64,000 nucleotides of DNA. Source: Chrysomallon squamiferum (lineage: Eukaryota > Animalia > Mollusca). How positions within the stretch are numbered: position 1 is the stretch's first letter; each line of letters starts with the position of its first letter. Where the stretch lies: contig CM022679.1 in NCBI GenBank assembly GCA_012295275.1, positions 6,696,001 through 6,760,000 of the forward strand. Reading direction: 5' to 3'. A model generated the notes under the pieces. It was not told the DNA's origin. It saw nothing but the letters and a program-made list of their open reading frames with translations, and did no database searches. A program made the translations under genes and the position numbers. Positions 14,601 through 26,820 of the stretch are shown in pieces.

Positions 14601-17600
14601 TATTTGAAGAAAATTATTCAAGTTATATATTTTTCTTAACCATTAATTTATCAAATTTATTTATGATTATTTTGACAGAAAACCAAATTCTTTGAGTGGA
14701 AAGAAAGAACTCCTGCGTGTTGATGAAAAAGGTCTCTACATTGACTTTAGTGGCAGTAATACCTTTTTTGATTTTCCATACTACAAATACAATGATGGAC
14801 GATGGAACAACATTATCATCAACTGGGACAGCACAACAGGAAAACTAAACTTCATAGTAAACAGTATTAACCGCAGTCCCATCAACAATTATGCAAAGGA
14901 TGTAACTCTTGATGAAAAGTAAGTGTGACATTAATTTATTAATACCACTGAATAGTTGATGGAGGACAAACAGAGAAATCATGACATAAGTAATTATTTT
15001 CTTCTATGGAGGAAATGAAACAGGAGCATTTTCCCCATTAATCTGTAATGTTGATAAGTAGCAGTGTTTGATCAGACTAGCTAAATCTTGAAAGAACTTT
15101 GTTTTTAAAATTGATTTAAAATTTAGTTTTCATCATTAAACAAGAAAGTTTAAAGATTATGAATATATATCAATAATTAAATGTGTAGAACTGTTAAGCA
15201 GATTCTATATGTTTTAAGTGTGTATGACTTGGAAATTAGACATAATGTTTGGAATGGAGAACAAAACAATTAATAAAAAATTGTGAAGAGTTTCAGAATT
15301 AGTCATTCATCTGAACAAGTCACTATTTTGTTTCAAGAGCTGTTTATTTTTATTTTATTTTAATTTAACAAATAATAAAATGGCTGTTTCACCTCAAGCA
15401 GACATAAACAAATTTTCCTGTATTACATTTTATAATTAAATAAATTTCAATTCCATTATTAATACAAAAAAAAAAAGAAAAGAACAGAGAATGTTTTTAA
15501 TTTATTTATTTATTTATATTTTGGATCTGAAATCATTAAAGTTTAGTGAAATAGTGCCAAGTATTATAGTTACAGGTTAATAGGAAAAAATTATTAATTA
15601 CCTTTAATTAGTCATCATAATCATTACAAAATGAAAAACAATAAATCACTGGGGATAAAACTGTTTTAATTTTTGATAACAAAATTACACTTGTTTTTTT
15701 TTATTATTATTATTATTTACTGTTATAAGCCAAGTTCCTGAAATTTCACTGAAAAGATCAAATATTGAATAAGGAACCTAAAGAGGAAAACAGTGTGTTA
15801 AAACTGAGATACTAAATGTACTTTATTTCTAAAACTGTTAAACTTTTTGAAGTTCTTTTTTATTTATCATCTTTCCTTACTTTATAGAGATAAATATTTC
15901 AGATTAATTTGTTCTTTTTTTGTATGACTAGACATATTTTTAAAACTTATTTCTCTGAGAAAATTTTGAGTTTTTAAAAAGATTTTAGAATTTTATAAAT
16001 TTTTAGACACAATTTTAAATATAATCTAATAGCTTAGTTCAATTATACACATTTTGTATTAAAATAAGCAGTAAGTAGCATCCATAATTTTGAGGTCATT
16101 TTCAGATGTCATATAACCAATGAATATAACATTAATTTCTTTGCAAATAAAGACATTTTAACTTGAAATAATGTTTAATATTATTATTTTCTATTTTCAG
16201 TGTGTGGCTTGTTTTAGGGAGCAAGTATGACCCAGCTACAGAAAAACCAGTAACTAATGAAGGATTCAACGGTTGGATAAGCCAACTAGTGATTTATAAT
16301 CGTGTCCTTGATTTCAGTACAGAAGTTCAGCAATCTCTAGACTTTCCCACAAAATTGTTTAAAGATTACATCTTTGTTTGGAATGAATTTGTACGTTCAG
16401 CTGGGGTAAAGATGATTATTCCTTCTACAGTTGAAAAGCCCTATGAATCCTGTCCACGAGGTTTTTCAGTAGCACCAGCCTGCAAACAAGCAAACCCACG
16501 TAAGATGACTAACATCTGAAAATCTATTCCTTATCATTGTGTGAAAGAAAACAACAACTGCTGCTGACTTTTTAAAATATGGTTAATTATTTTGATACAA
16601 ATATTGTGGTTGATTAAATAATTAATAATGCTCATGTTAATATAATAATTCTAGTGTACTTTAATTTTTTACATCAAAAATGAATTAATGTTTTAAATAG
16701 AATATTTCATTTTTACTTTTGATTTATCATATGTGACTATTTATAAAAGTATAATATTCTTTCCTTTTTTCAAAAATATTTTTGTTTTACATATAAAGTA
16801 ATAATTTAAATATTTATAGAAAAAATTATGGTTTTGCCAACATTTTGTCCATCTGATGTGAAGAAACTGGGAACTTCACGAATCACATATGTTACATGGA
16901 ATGAACCAAAGTTTGTTGGAGAAGCTAGTGTTGTCAAGAAGAGTTACAGCTCTGGTAAATATATTAACTTTTTTCACTCACTATTTTACAGTATTAAATA
17001 CTGATTAGCAACATAAACTAGCTAATCAAAGAACACCTAATAAAAATAACAACAGCATTGTAGTGTGTGTGTGTGTGTGTGGAATCAACTATTTGGTAAT
17101 CCACATTTTGTGGGCATGAAACGTACCATAATACAAAATGTTATATTTGATACATGTAGAAGAAATTTATATTTTAAAAATATTTTGTATTATATAGATT
17201 AATATTCAAAGTAGTTTTTTGCAGGTGATGCTTTCCTGTGGGGGAAATATCTTGTTGTGTATGTAGCTGAGAACAGTGCAGGAAACAAAGGACTTTGCAG
17301 CTTCAAAGTTTTTGTACAGTGTAAGTTTATTCTCTTCATATAACTGTCTGAATTTATTGAAAACACTTCTATCCAATGTTCTGTTTATAAAATAGTTTTG
17401 TCAGTTTCAGATAAATGATTAAACTGTTGAGAATATCATGTCTGAGCTTTCACAAACCGATTCAGAATATCTTTTTCTGAATACTGATGTTTAATGATAA
17501 TTTTAAAATAATAACACAGCTATCCAATAAAAGTAAAATTATATTAAATTTAATGTAAATTTAGTGATACTGAACATAAGCATCAAGAGATATACAATAT

Positions 17601-20600
17601 GTCATATTGTATTCAATTATTCATAGATCAAAATTGTCCAAAGCCTCCTGATCCATATCAGGGTATTGCATCATATGGCAATTCTCAGCAAAAATATTAC
17701 TATACCAGTATCATCTGCAATGATAACAAAGCTGTGGTGAGGCCAGTTCCAAATATATACACATGTGGTCATTTTGGCAGTTGGAACCCACCAAAAAAGT
17801 TTCTCCATTTTAGGCTGCCACCTTGTGGAGGTAAGTTCAAATTTATATTTTTGAATGAGTAAGAGTGTGTGTGGTCTGTGTATATATTAGTATAGATCTG
17901 TGTTTGTTTGTGAGTTTATATCCATTTTGACAGCAAACAGTAAATGTGTGTGTGTGCATGTGTGTGTGTGTGTGTTGTTTCATGTAACAATATACATTTT
18001 TATAGTTAGTTGACACTTTTTTGTTATGAAATTGTTTTCAGCTTTATAATTTTGGTGTAATATATTATTTAAGGAGGATTAAATGAAGAAATATGTAAAT
18101 TTTTTTTTTAAAATTTCTTTATATTTACAGTGAAAAAAATGAAAAGTTTCCAAACAGTGAAAATAAAGCTTGTTTACATTGTGGGAACATCAAACTGTGA
18201 AGGAGTTAAGACAATTCTGGAACAGGAAATTAGAACAAAAATCCTGCAGCTGAATAACAAATGGCCAAATCTTTGCCAAAGACAAACTGTGATGATGTGG
18301 TTGTTAGTATAAAATGTGGAACAAACCTCATCACAAGAAGGAGAAAAAGAGCTACCAATGATGTCATTACTTACATTACATTACCACAAGCAAAGTAAGT
18401 TGTTTAAGTTCTTTGCAAATATATGAACAGTTCATGCATTATACCAATTAAATATCAGGCTCATTCAATAAACTTTCACAATTCAGGAAATGTATTGGTA
18501 GGATAATTAAAAGCAGCTGATTTTTGATTTGCATGTATTTTGTACTATGTTGAGTAAAATATTATTGCTCCATTTTTAAAACCATGGATGCCAAATCTGT
18601 GCATATACAAATGAACATGTATAAATTAATGTATTCATTTGAAGTACTATAATGAAATAAATCTGTTTATGGATTTTCTGTTTGGTTTCAGTGTTCAATG
18701 TGACATCCACATCTGGAGAAACATTGCCTGCTACTGATGTGCTAAAACGTAGCATTTTCGCTGATAATGATTTTGACTTCAGTGTGAGTTTAGTTTTCGA
18801 TCCCTTCTTATTTCTCACTACAGTATAAGTTTTGTACATTTAAATTCAAGTGAAACCAAAGATGTATTTCTTAATTAAAATCTACATAAAACAACATTTT
18901 AATAAATAGTATATCGTTTTCTTTTTATTAAAATTTACAATTTTTAGGGGAAAAAAGTATATTAATAATTGATATTTCTAAAATAATTCTTAATTTAAAT
19001 TAATTGATTGATAACAAAAAATGAATCAATTGTTGATGTGTGTGTTATATGATTTTTTCACTGTTTTTATTTATTTACAAAATTTAAGCCCCTTGGTTAT
19101 CAACATTTACATGTATATAATCAAAATGTTTACAGAATTTAATTTCAAATGGCATTCCACTAAGTCAAGAAGTTGTTATCTCAGCGGACCTTGCTTGTCC
19201 ATCTGGTCAGGCTCTTGTTCAGCAAGAATGTGGTGAGTACTGTGATAAATTAATTGTTTGTTCTTCATAATCAAACATTTAAATATGTCCATATTTGTTT
19301 CAGATTATGATCACAGGATCAGAATTGCTAATGCTTTGTTCTGATGTCTTTGATTTTAATTACAAGTATAAAGCTTTCAGCATGTCAGAAAATTATATTT
19401 ATATTCAGATTAACCATTTTAGATGACTTTGATGAGTAAGGAAAACACAAGTAGTGATGTATCTTTGTGTAGAAAGGCAATGATTGCTCTAGCTAAGTAA
19501 ATTAAGAAGTATTCAGCTGATGCTGAAATCTGTCCAGTTCATGATTAGGGATAAAGTAACCTCTTATATTTAAAGTTAAACCACTGCAAATTATATATGT
19601 AATGTATAAATATTTTCAGTTGCCTCCCATTCCAAAAAAAAGCTAAGAAGTACAGATAGTGTTCAGAAAAAAAATATTAAAAAATAAAAACAACAGACAT
19701 AAGATATCTAAAAAATAAATTCTATCAAATTTATCACTTTATGAATTTTTTAAAAACTACATATTTTGTGGGCACATTATTTTTTATAAACCAAATAGAA
19801 TGATTTACTTTAATTTTATTGATTTTTAAAAATGTAATTGTTAAGATTGTATGGGTTAGAAAATGTAATGTAGGTAACAGTTCATTTTTTATTTTTCAGT
19901 GGAATGTGCACCAGGTACATTCTACAACAGTGTAACCAAGACCTGTGATGACTGTCCAGTAGGTCAGTATCAGACATCAGCTGGTCAGACATCTTGTACA
20001 TCATGTGATTCTGGAAAAACTACAGAGCTGCCAGGATCAAACACCAAAACTAACTGTAAAGGTATGAAAGCTTTAATTTTTTTCTTGTTTTGGGGTTATT
20101 TAAATCATGATCTACATATATTTAAAAACAAAATTAAATGAAAACATAAATTTTTGTTTATTACTATAATCTTTTTTTATCAAAGAATAAGTTTAAATGT
20201 AACAAAAGAAAAACATTAACAAAATTTTCATTTTTTCTAGTGTAATTTTATGACTAGAAACACAAAAATAATTGAATAACTTGAGTAATTGTAACACCTT
20301 TAATAAAAAGGTTGCAGTTGTTTTATTTATGAGAAAAATTTTATAATATTTATTTTAACATTTCTTTTTCAGCTTCATGCATGCCTGGAGAATATTTTGA
20401 CTATACTTCTGACAAATGTGAAAAATGTGATTATGGATTCTACCAAAGTTCACCAGGTCAGTTCTACTGTGAGCCATGTGTTGTGGAAAACACTACAAGG
20501 GCTCAAGGATCTACAAGAGAATCTGATTGTTATAGTATGTTTTATGAAATTTCTTAATTACTAATTTAAATTGTGTTTATTTTTCGTTTTCTTTTTTCTT

Positions 20601-23359
20601 TTTCTGCTAAAATTTAGAATTTATTTTTTTTAAATAATCTTTCATTTTAATTATAAAATTTAATGAAATATTAAAATTTTATAAATCTATCCACACATTA
20701 ATTTCTGAATAATATAAAAAATGTTTAGAGGACTGTCCACCAGGTAAAGAAATTTCTCAAGATGGATCATCTCAGCCCTGTCCTATTGGAAAGTACAGAA
20801 CAGTTCCCAAATTATCATTAGAAAACAAATCTCTAAATATGTGCTACATATTCCTAGTAATAAATATTATTCATATAAATACAAAGTGTATGTTATGGTA
20901 AGAAATTTCTTAAAGTCATTTAATGACAGATTATAATATTTCAGTGAGCTGTCCACCAGGAAAGGAATATGAAGGAGGAGCTTGTGTTCCTTGTAAAAAA
21001 GGTTTTTACAAAGAGGTTTCCATGGCAACTAAATGTACACAATGTCCACCAAACAAAACTACAGCAGAAGAAGGTTCGACACAGGCCTCTGACTGTAATC
21101 TTGGTAACTCTGTTAAATTCTTATTACCTTAGATGCAAAAGTTAATTACCTTTCATTTAATTTTGTAACTTTAAAGAGATTTTATTTTCTGTTAACAAGT
21201 TTTTGTATTTTACAATTATTTGTGATTATATTTCTGGGTATTTATATAAATGATTATTTAACATTTAACCAGTTCTGATTATAAGAAATACTACATCACT
21301 TAGAAAATATATAAATATATTCATGTAAAAAACTTTATATAACTTTTATACTCTTATAAAAATCTAAACTATCAAGTTTATTTTCATTATGGAAATATTA
21401 TTGTGAGTGAATGGTGTTAATATGCTTTTATTTGTTTTTTAATGTCAACTTTTGAAGAAAAAACAATTTATAAAATTTACCGGCATGGTGTTGTTTTTTT
21501 ACATTCCAAAGAAAAATGTTATGTTACTATTAAATAAAAATATGTAATGTTACTATTAAATAAAAAATGTAATTTCCATACTTAATAATTTTAACATTTT
21601 ATTAGCAAACTTTATCATTAGCAAAGACAGGTCAGTCAAGGTATCAAATAAAGCAATAACCTGCAAATACAATTACAAAATGTTTTAGGCTATTTCAGAA
21701 ATACCATTAAATTTGATATTTGTTATGATCATTGAGGAAAGTTATTTAACCTTGAGAAATATGAGTGTAAACAATAATAGTATAAAAAGTATTATTACTG
21801 AAAGTGCTAATACTTTTTTTGTTCTTATTTACATTGTTTTCAGTTGTGTTATTTATTGTTATTTTATTTTCAGATATTAAATCAGATGCACTCTCAGAAG
21901 AAATCATTTTTATTATTATTGGGAGTGTGTCTGGGATTGTTGTAACATCTTTCCTTGTTATAGGCATCATTTTACTGTTACGAAGGCAAGGTTGTTTAAT
22001 TTCTAAAATAGGTAAGACAATTGCTCAGTTAATTTACAATCTAAAATATTGAAGATCCTTATACTTTTTACTCTATTAATCTGTGTTTTAAAAGGAAACT
22101 GAGTGTAAACCATCATTGATACAAAAGCTGTAGGAAAGTAAAGTACAAATTTAGGGAAATGACCTGCTAAGTGAGATATACTAAAGGCCAGGAGACAGGA
22201 TAAAGCAGGATCAGAGACCACATGAAAAACAGTTTTAAAATGTCTGACAAGCAGCATTGTCAAAGAATGCAGACTTAATTTAATTTTTATTATCACTGCA
22301 TAATAATTTTAAACAATAGAAAATAGTAAGTGGTAACTTTATATTTTGATTCTTGAACTTATTTCAGTCATCCACTAAGCACTCTCAGGTAATGTGACAG
22401 TGATGCTGAAGAGAATATTACTGAGAATGTGTCCAAGTCACTGATTAATATACAGTAGTTTAGCATAGTATTATAACTCAGTGATACATTTATATTGGTA
22501 ATTTTATGCACGTTAATTTATAAATGTTTCATTTGAATACAGTTGGCTAGCTGCTTTATGATACAAAATGTTTAATTTTTTTTTTTTCAGATAAAAAGCA
22601 GGATGAAACATATTCGTAAGTGTATCTTGTTGTTTTTTGCTTTTTAATTCACAGTAAAGTTCGAAATGGATTAAATTTATCATCTTATTAATTAATTTTA
22701 TTTACTATTTTTAATTAATTAATTTTATATACAATTTTTGATTAATTTATTAATTTATTTATTTATTTATTTATTCATCACTGTTGTAGACATCTAGATG
22801 ATAGGAGGAGAGAGGAGGTTAGCAGTGGTATGTACAATGTCATTCATTCTATGAGTAATAATATTTTGTTTTTGTTTGTCACTTATGTTGCAGGTCTCTA
22901 TTACTTTAGGTAGCAATTAATTATTTTGAAAACATAATAAATTTTTGATCCCCAAAACTTAATTTCAAAATCTACCTTTAATAATGATTGTTATACTTTA
23001 AACAATAACTACAGTGAATATGTACTAAATCTGTACTAACTTGAATTAGTGACAGCATGTTAATACAATAATTTGGTACTGACACAAAAGTTTTACATTT
23101 CTTTGGTTTTAATGTTATGACTAATCAAAGTGTTTTACCATTTGATACAGAAACTCATAATGAAGCAGCATATGATAATTTGGAGCTTTATGAAGTTGCA
23201 AATGAAATTAACCTGAATAACAGTGATCAGGAATCCAGGCAGAGTGGTCAGCCTGAGTCAGACACACTTACAGAGCCAGATCATTCTTATGACAGCCTCC
23301 AGGAACGAAGAGAAAGACCATATGCGACATTGCAACCCTATGAAAATCTGGAAAACTGA
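513..23359 (+). CDS. Gene A: Uninflatable/SVEP1-like giant EGF/GCC/LamG/HYR type I membrane receptor, 3' portion (multi-exon, 5' end outside window; frame disruption near 18280)
   Basis: About 33 exons with canonical AG/GT sites and matching phases, ending in TGA at 23357-23359. Domain order GCCx3-EGFx~14 (with PAN+WxxW)-LamG-HYR-sushi-furin domain-GCC-TM-tail matches the Uninflatable-type architecture. Confidence 0.88.
2101..6954 (+). CDS. Gene A: EGF repeats 1-6
   Basis: Exons 2101-2187, 3276-3389, 3755-3884, 6369-6502 and 6745-6954. Notch-type EGF motifs such as [31 protein letters not shown]. Confidence 0.92.
5618..5666. repeat. (GT)n microsatellite
   Basis: Perfect dinucleotide run. 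Similar runs at ~25624-25666 (CA), 31028-31084 (GT) and 43436-43462 (GT). Confidence 0.95.
8278..8517 (+). CDS. Gene A: PAN/apple domain exon
   Basis: 240-nt phase 1-1 exon. Six Cys with the PAN core [18 protein letters not shown]...DCEL...YYIKTC. Confidence 0.88.
9062..10316 (+). CDS. Gene A: Mucin2-type WxxW domain (2 exons)
   Basis: Exons 9062-9150 ([10 protein letters not shown]...DEE) and 10130-10316 (...[23 protein letters not shown]). These are the WxxW and CxDYExRxxC hallmark motifs. Confidence 0.88.
9966..10050. repeat. Degenerate dispersed repeat (SINE-like) in gene A intron
   Basis: GAGAGAGGAATTACACTGCTG...AAGCAGCAAGGGATATTTTATTTGC resembles 26680-26750. Confidence 0.35.
10717..13710 (+). 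CDS. Gene A: EGF repeats 7-14
   Basis: Exons 10717-10947, 11507-11634, 12133-12332, 12645-12772, 13063-13179 and 13573-13710. Continuous frame; calcium-binding EGF motifs (DIDYC, NIDDC, DVDEC). Confidence 0.92.
13995..16499 (+). CDS. Gene A: laminin G / pentraxin-like domain
   Basis: Exons 13995-14160 (LTISFWVRF), 14679-14918 ([24 protein letters not shown]) and 16201-16499 (LVLG...[15 protein letters not shown]). Confidence 0.88.
16820..17830 (+). CDS. Gene A: HYR domain followed by a sushi-like domain
   Basis: Exons 16820-16954 (CPSDV...VTWNEPKF), 17225-17320 ([31 protein letters not shown]) and 17627-17830 ([10 protein letters not shown]...YTCGHFGSW...LPPCG). Confidence 0.86.
18131..19232 (+). 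CDS. Gene A: furin-site (RRRKR) SEA-like domain, reading frame disrupted
   Basis: Exons 18131-18394, 18692-18783 and 19136-19232. The entry frame hits TAA at 18310-18312; the alternative frame reads [26 protein letters not shown]. The SEA-like fold is inference. Confidence 0.7.
19900..21103 (+). CDS. Gene A: membrane-proximal GCC2/GCC3 repeats
   Basis: Exons 19900-20061, 20373-20534 and 20945-21103, all phase 1-1 with an intact Cys pattern. Confidence 0.9.
20729..20803 (+). pseudogene. Truncated GCC-repeat exon remnant
   Basis: After an AG acceptor it reads (K)[24 protein letters not shown], then becomes intron-like. One expected Cys is Ser (TCT) and there is no good donor site. Confidence 0.7.
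21874..22011 (+). CDS. Gene A: transmembrane exon
   Basis: [26 protein letters not shown] followed by stop-transfer RR. Acceptor ttttcAG, donor G|GTAAGA, phase 1-1. Confidence 0.88.
22591..23359 (+). CDS. Gene A: cytoplasmic tail exons with five YxxL motifs including an ITAM
   Basis: Exons 22591-22615, 22790-22827 and 23151-23359 join in frame: [38 protein letters not shown]...[34 protein letters not shown]. Confidence 0.82.
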
Positions 23360-23715
23360 TTATAATTTCACTGTTTTATGTTTGATATGTTGCATGTCTG
23401 TTTCACAATTATTCATTATTAACTTGACCTGACTGCTTTCGACTTTGACAGCTTTTGAAATTTACAAATGAGTTTTTATACCTTTTTTGATCTGAAAAAT
23501 TGACTTAGTGTATAAACTTAATTTCCTACTGACAAAACAAAACTGATTATATTGTGAAAATTTATGTTTACCCAGTTAATTACATTATCATCCTTGTTTA
23601 ATGTTTGTAAGTAGAATTCTTCCATTTCACATTGTATCCACTAATCCTTTTGTTCAAAATTAACACTCTTGTTTCTTGGCTATTATGACATACAAATATT
23701 TCTCACTAAAGGCTG

Positions 23716-23747
23716 AATAAATGTTTTTCTCATATGATAATAATAAA
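23716..23747 (+). terminator. Candidate polyadenylation signals of gene A
   Basis: AATAAA at 23716-23721 and 23742-23747, about 360-390 nt after the stop. Weak evidence in AT-rich DNA. Confidence 0.4.
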
Positions 23748-24109
23748 GTTACACACATTTAATTAATTTATACTGTAAGAAGTTGGAAGAAGCATTTTAT
23801 ACTCTGTGACTTAGAAATATATAGTTAACACTTTGATGTTAAATTTGTTTTTATACAGGTGTAATGTCAGACAGGCAAAATAAAAAATAAAAACTAAGTA
23901 AATTGTTATGAAAATTATGTAAATTTAAAGCTTTTCTTCTGAGACTGCAATAATTTGCCATTATTACGACATTTGTTTTATCAAAACTGACATTAAACAA
24001 ATACATTAGACAAATTCAAGGTAAAATATTGTTGATAACTAGAGAATATTTGAAAAATGTTATTATATCCGTAAAAGTAATATCAAAATATATTTCAATA
24101 CAACAGAAT

Positions 24110-25240
24110 GATCTTTAAGCTTGATGTAAAAGAAAGAAAAAAGTAATGTAATAATAAATATAAAACATATATGTATTATAAAATCAACAGAGTATACAGA
24201 AAAGAAGAACAAAATTTTTTTTTTTTAAAACGACACGTCAATTATTTATCTGAGTATTTTTACTTACATCTTTCCATAGTTGACTGTTTTTATATCGGTT
24301 ATAATTAGTGACATCAAGCAACCAAACATATACAAACAAATACATTTGTGTGCGTGTGTATGTCTGTGTACAGACCCATTTACGTCTATACATACAGGAA
24401 ACACTGGAACAGCACATTCCGAAATCAGAAGACAGACATAAATCTGAGAAGGATTTACCTTTGTTGCAGACGTTAGGAAAAGTATCGTAATAAAACACTT
24501 CATTAAAGTTATTCTTGTCGCAATATTGTTTTGCACAAAAAAAAAGGAATCTGAAAAATAGAGAGTTAATATCAGAAAAAACCATTTATAGATCACAACT
24601 GTACAAACTTCAGAAGACTGTACTGTTTTTCTAAACTATATTTTTTCTCAATAGCTTCTTGGTTGACATTTTTAATTGTAAATATTTTTTTTTTTTGATA
24701 TCCTTTATTGACTTGATTTTCTTAAATCGTATCCAGTAATCTTATTTATCTTCAAAGTAACTGTTTGTTCTGCAAAGTGTAATTTAAACATACAAAATAG
24801 CAAGCTCATCCTAGGCTAGGATATGTAGTAATATGCATCGCAATATATTTCCAGTTCTCTATACTTAAAACTACATTTAACATAATAAGCAATTATAATT
24901 CAAGCAATTATTTACAGTTTCAGAAAAAGCAATGTACAACAACAACAACCAGAATAATAATATATATGCTCAAATCTGTCTGTTTATCTATGAATTTGTT
25001 CACATGCAGATATTTTGTTTCACAATAGTTGGTTATTTGTATGCCTGTTATAACTATATCAAGGTCTTGATCATCGCTGCATCATTTCATTCATGGCGTG
25101 AGTCATACAGATTGTTCAGTGTAAAATATATAGTGCGGAATGAATTTTCTTTCTCTTTTCTTCTTCGCAGTTTTAAAAAAAAAAATGTTAATGTTTTTTA
25201 TGACCTATCAGTCTTTTATGTGTATTTATGTTGTTCCGTA
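24110..25240. repeat. Left arm of long diverged inverted repeat
   Basis: Reverse complement aligns by eye with 31885-33362, e.g. TTATTTATCTTCAAAGTAA / TTACTTTGAAGATAAATAA and ATTGTTCAGTGTAAAATATA / TATATTTTACACTGAACAAT. Confidence 0.85.
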
Positions 25241-25620
25241 TTTATAGTATAAAGGGGTATCACATCCATTGTAGCTACAGCTAAAGTGAAGGAATCGGCT
25301 ATTAGTAATTACACATTGTATTAAATGTAATTTATCCCCGGAGGTCAGTAGAAACAACAATCAAAGGAATATGAGCATGCTTATCTGTAAGGCCTTTATG
25401 TCAGCCTTCTGTTTCATACTGAAGTTCTCAGTCTACTTAACATATAAATAAATGCATGATTCCTCTTTACGTGTGACCCCATTGGAATTTCAGTGCAAAT
25501 CCTCTGACTCACTTTTATTGAATATGTTTTATGTACTGTTTTCTGTAAGGTTCTTGATGTAGTTAACATCATAAGTGAAGTTCAGTCTCTAATTCAACTT
25601 GTTATTACTGTTTGTCAAAA

Positions 25621-25667
<47 letters not shown>

Positions 25668-26067
25668 TCGTTTTTACTCATTTATTTCAGTCCAGTTGGA
25701 GCTGCATGTAATTTTATTTTCTGAAATCCTGTATTTGATCCTGGTTTATTTTTCATAAAAAGAAAAGTAAAAGAACAATAATGAAAATAACTGATGCAAA
25801 TAAAACTGGTAGTAATATTTTTTGATACTTAAATAGTGTTGAGAATTATTTTGCAATAAAAATCAAATCAGTTTGAGGTGGGTTTTTTTATGTATGCATA
25901 ATATTATGATAGTAGTTTTATTTAAGAAAATAATTAAAGTCATTTCCAATTCCACACAGATACAAAATAGAAAATTTTACGTCTTTAACAAACCACTAAA
26001 ATTACTGTTAAAGAGCTTTCCACTGGATACTGTGAGATGCTATATAGTCATGAGTTTATGCGTAAAC

Positions 26068-26358
26068 ATGGGAAGACCAGGAAGGTAAAGTGACATAAAA
26101 CCAAACCTAATACAATGAACAGCTCCTCACCCACAGATGTTCTGCACAAAGGGTTGAAAAGAGAAGACTTATACCAACCCAGTAGTCCGTGGCGAGAGTG
26201 TATCCTATTTCATTTATTAATAACAGTGTATTTTCTATAGTCACCTTACAGGGCAGACGACATGTCTGTGTTCAGTACGTTTGTGTGCATTTTTATATTC
26301 TGATCACCTGAAAACCTCCAGACATAATACATATTTGGATTATCTGTTTATTTCCAAG
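26068..26358 (+). CDS. Tentative 5' exons of gene C
   Basis: ATG at 26068 with donor AG|GTAAAG after 26084; exon 26241-26358 (ctatAG ... AAG|GTAAGT). The phases join in an open frame to exon 28215, but the peptide has no recognisable homology and could be UTR. Confidence 0.3.
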
Positions 26359-26453
26359 GTAAGTTTGAAATTATGATTTTTGTCTTCCTCTCTTTCTAAT
26401 GTTATGTTATTAAACAGATAACAATTTACCACACAGTGAAATGACCCTGCAGA

Positions 26454-26454
<1 letters not shown>

Positions 26455-26484
<30 letters not shown>

Positions 26485-26500
26485 TGTATGTATGTATGTA
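26455..26500. repeat. (TATG)n microsatellite
   Basis: Perfect tetranucleotide run. An (ATAG)n run is at ~27901-27945. Confidence 0.95.
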
Positions 26501-26679
26501 CTCTACACAGTATATTTACTGCCTTAAGCTCAATTCAGAAGAGTAAACAACATCTGACTGGGATATGAATCAGTGTGAATCAGTATAGATCAATACGGTA
26601 ATATCACCACTGTGTGCTGAATAAATACATGCTAATTTTAAGACAAGAACAGATGTTTACTTTTTTAAAATCTGATTAT

Positions 26680-26820
26680 ATCAGAGAAGAAACGCACTGC
26701 TGACCTACTCGTAATGATTAGCTGCAAGCAGTATTTTGTGTGCTTTCTTACAGACAGGGAAGTACATACCATAGAATTAAATAAGACACACATGGCAGAA
26801 TGGGAAATAAAGCATTCATA
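26680..26820. repeat. Degenerate dispersed repeat (SINE-like), related copy near 9966-10050
   Basis: Shared core GAGA(A/G)GAA..CACTGCTG...TTA(A)GC(T/A)GCAAG..G.TATTTT in both places. The SINE identity is recalled similarity to gastropod repeats and is not verified. Confidence 0.4.

Noticed and set aside
18277-18312. Programmed ribosomal frameshifting as the explanation for the broken frames
   Set aside because: No clear slippery heptamer with downstream structure. Sequencing error, pseudogenisation or exon skipping are simpler.
21606-21640. Possible micro-exon before the TM exon
   Set aside because: Several weak AG/GT combinations exist; only a 9-nt version (21622-21630) keeps frame and it is not needed for the model.
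24238-24596. ORFs 24238-24585(-), 24264-24596(-) and the similar 32854-33156(+) as a small paralogous protein family
   Set aside because: The similarity comes from the inverted DNA repeat. Frames shift between copies, they run into microsatellites, and there is no domain signature.
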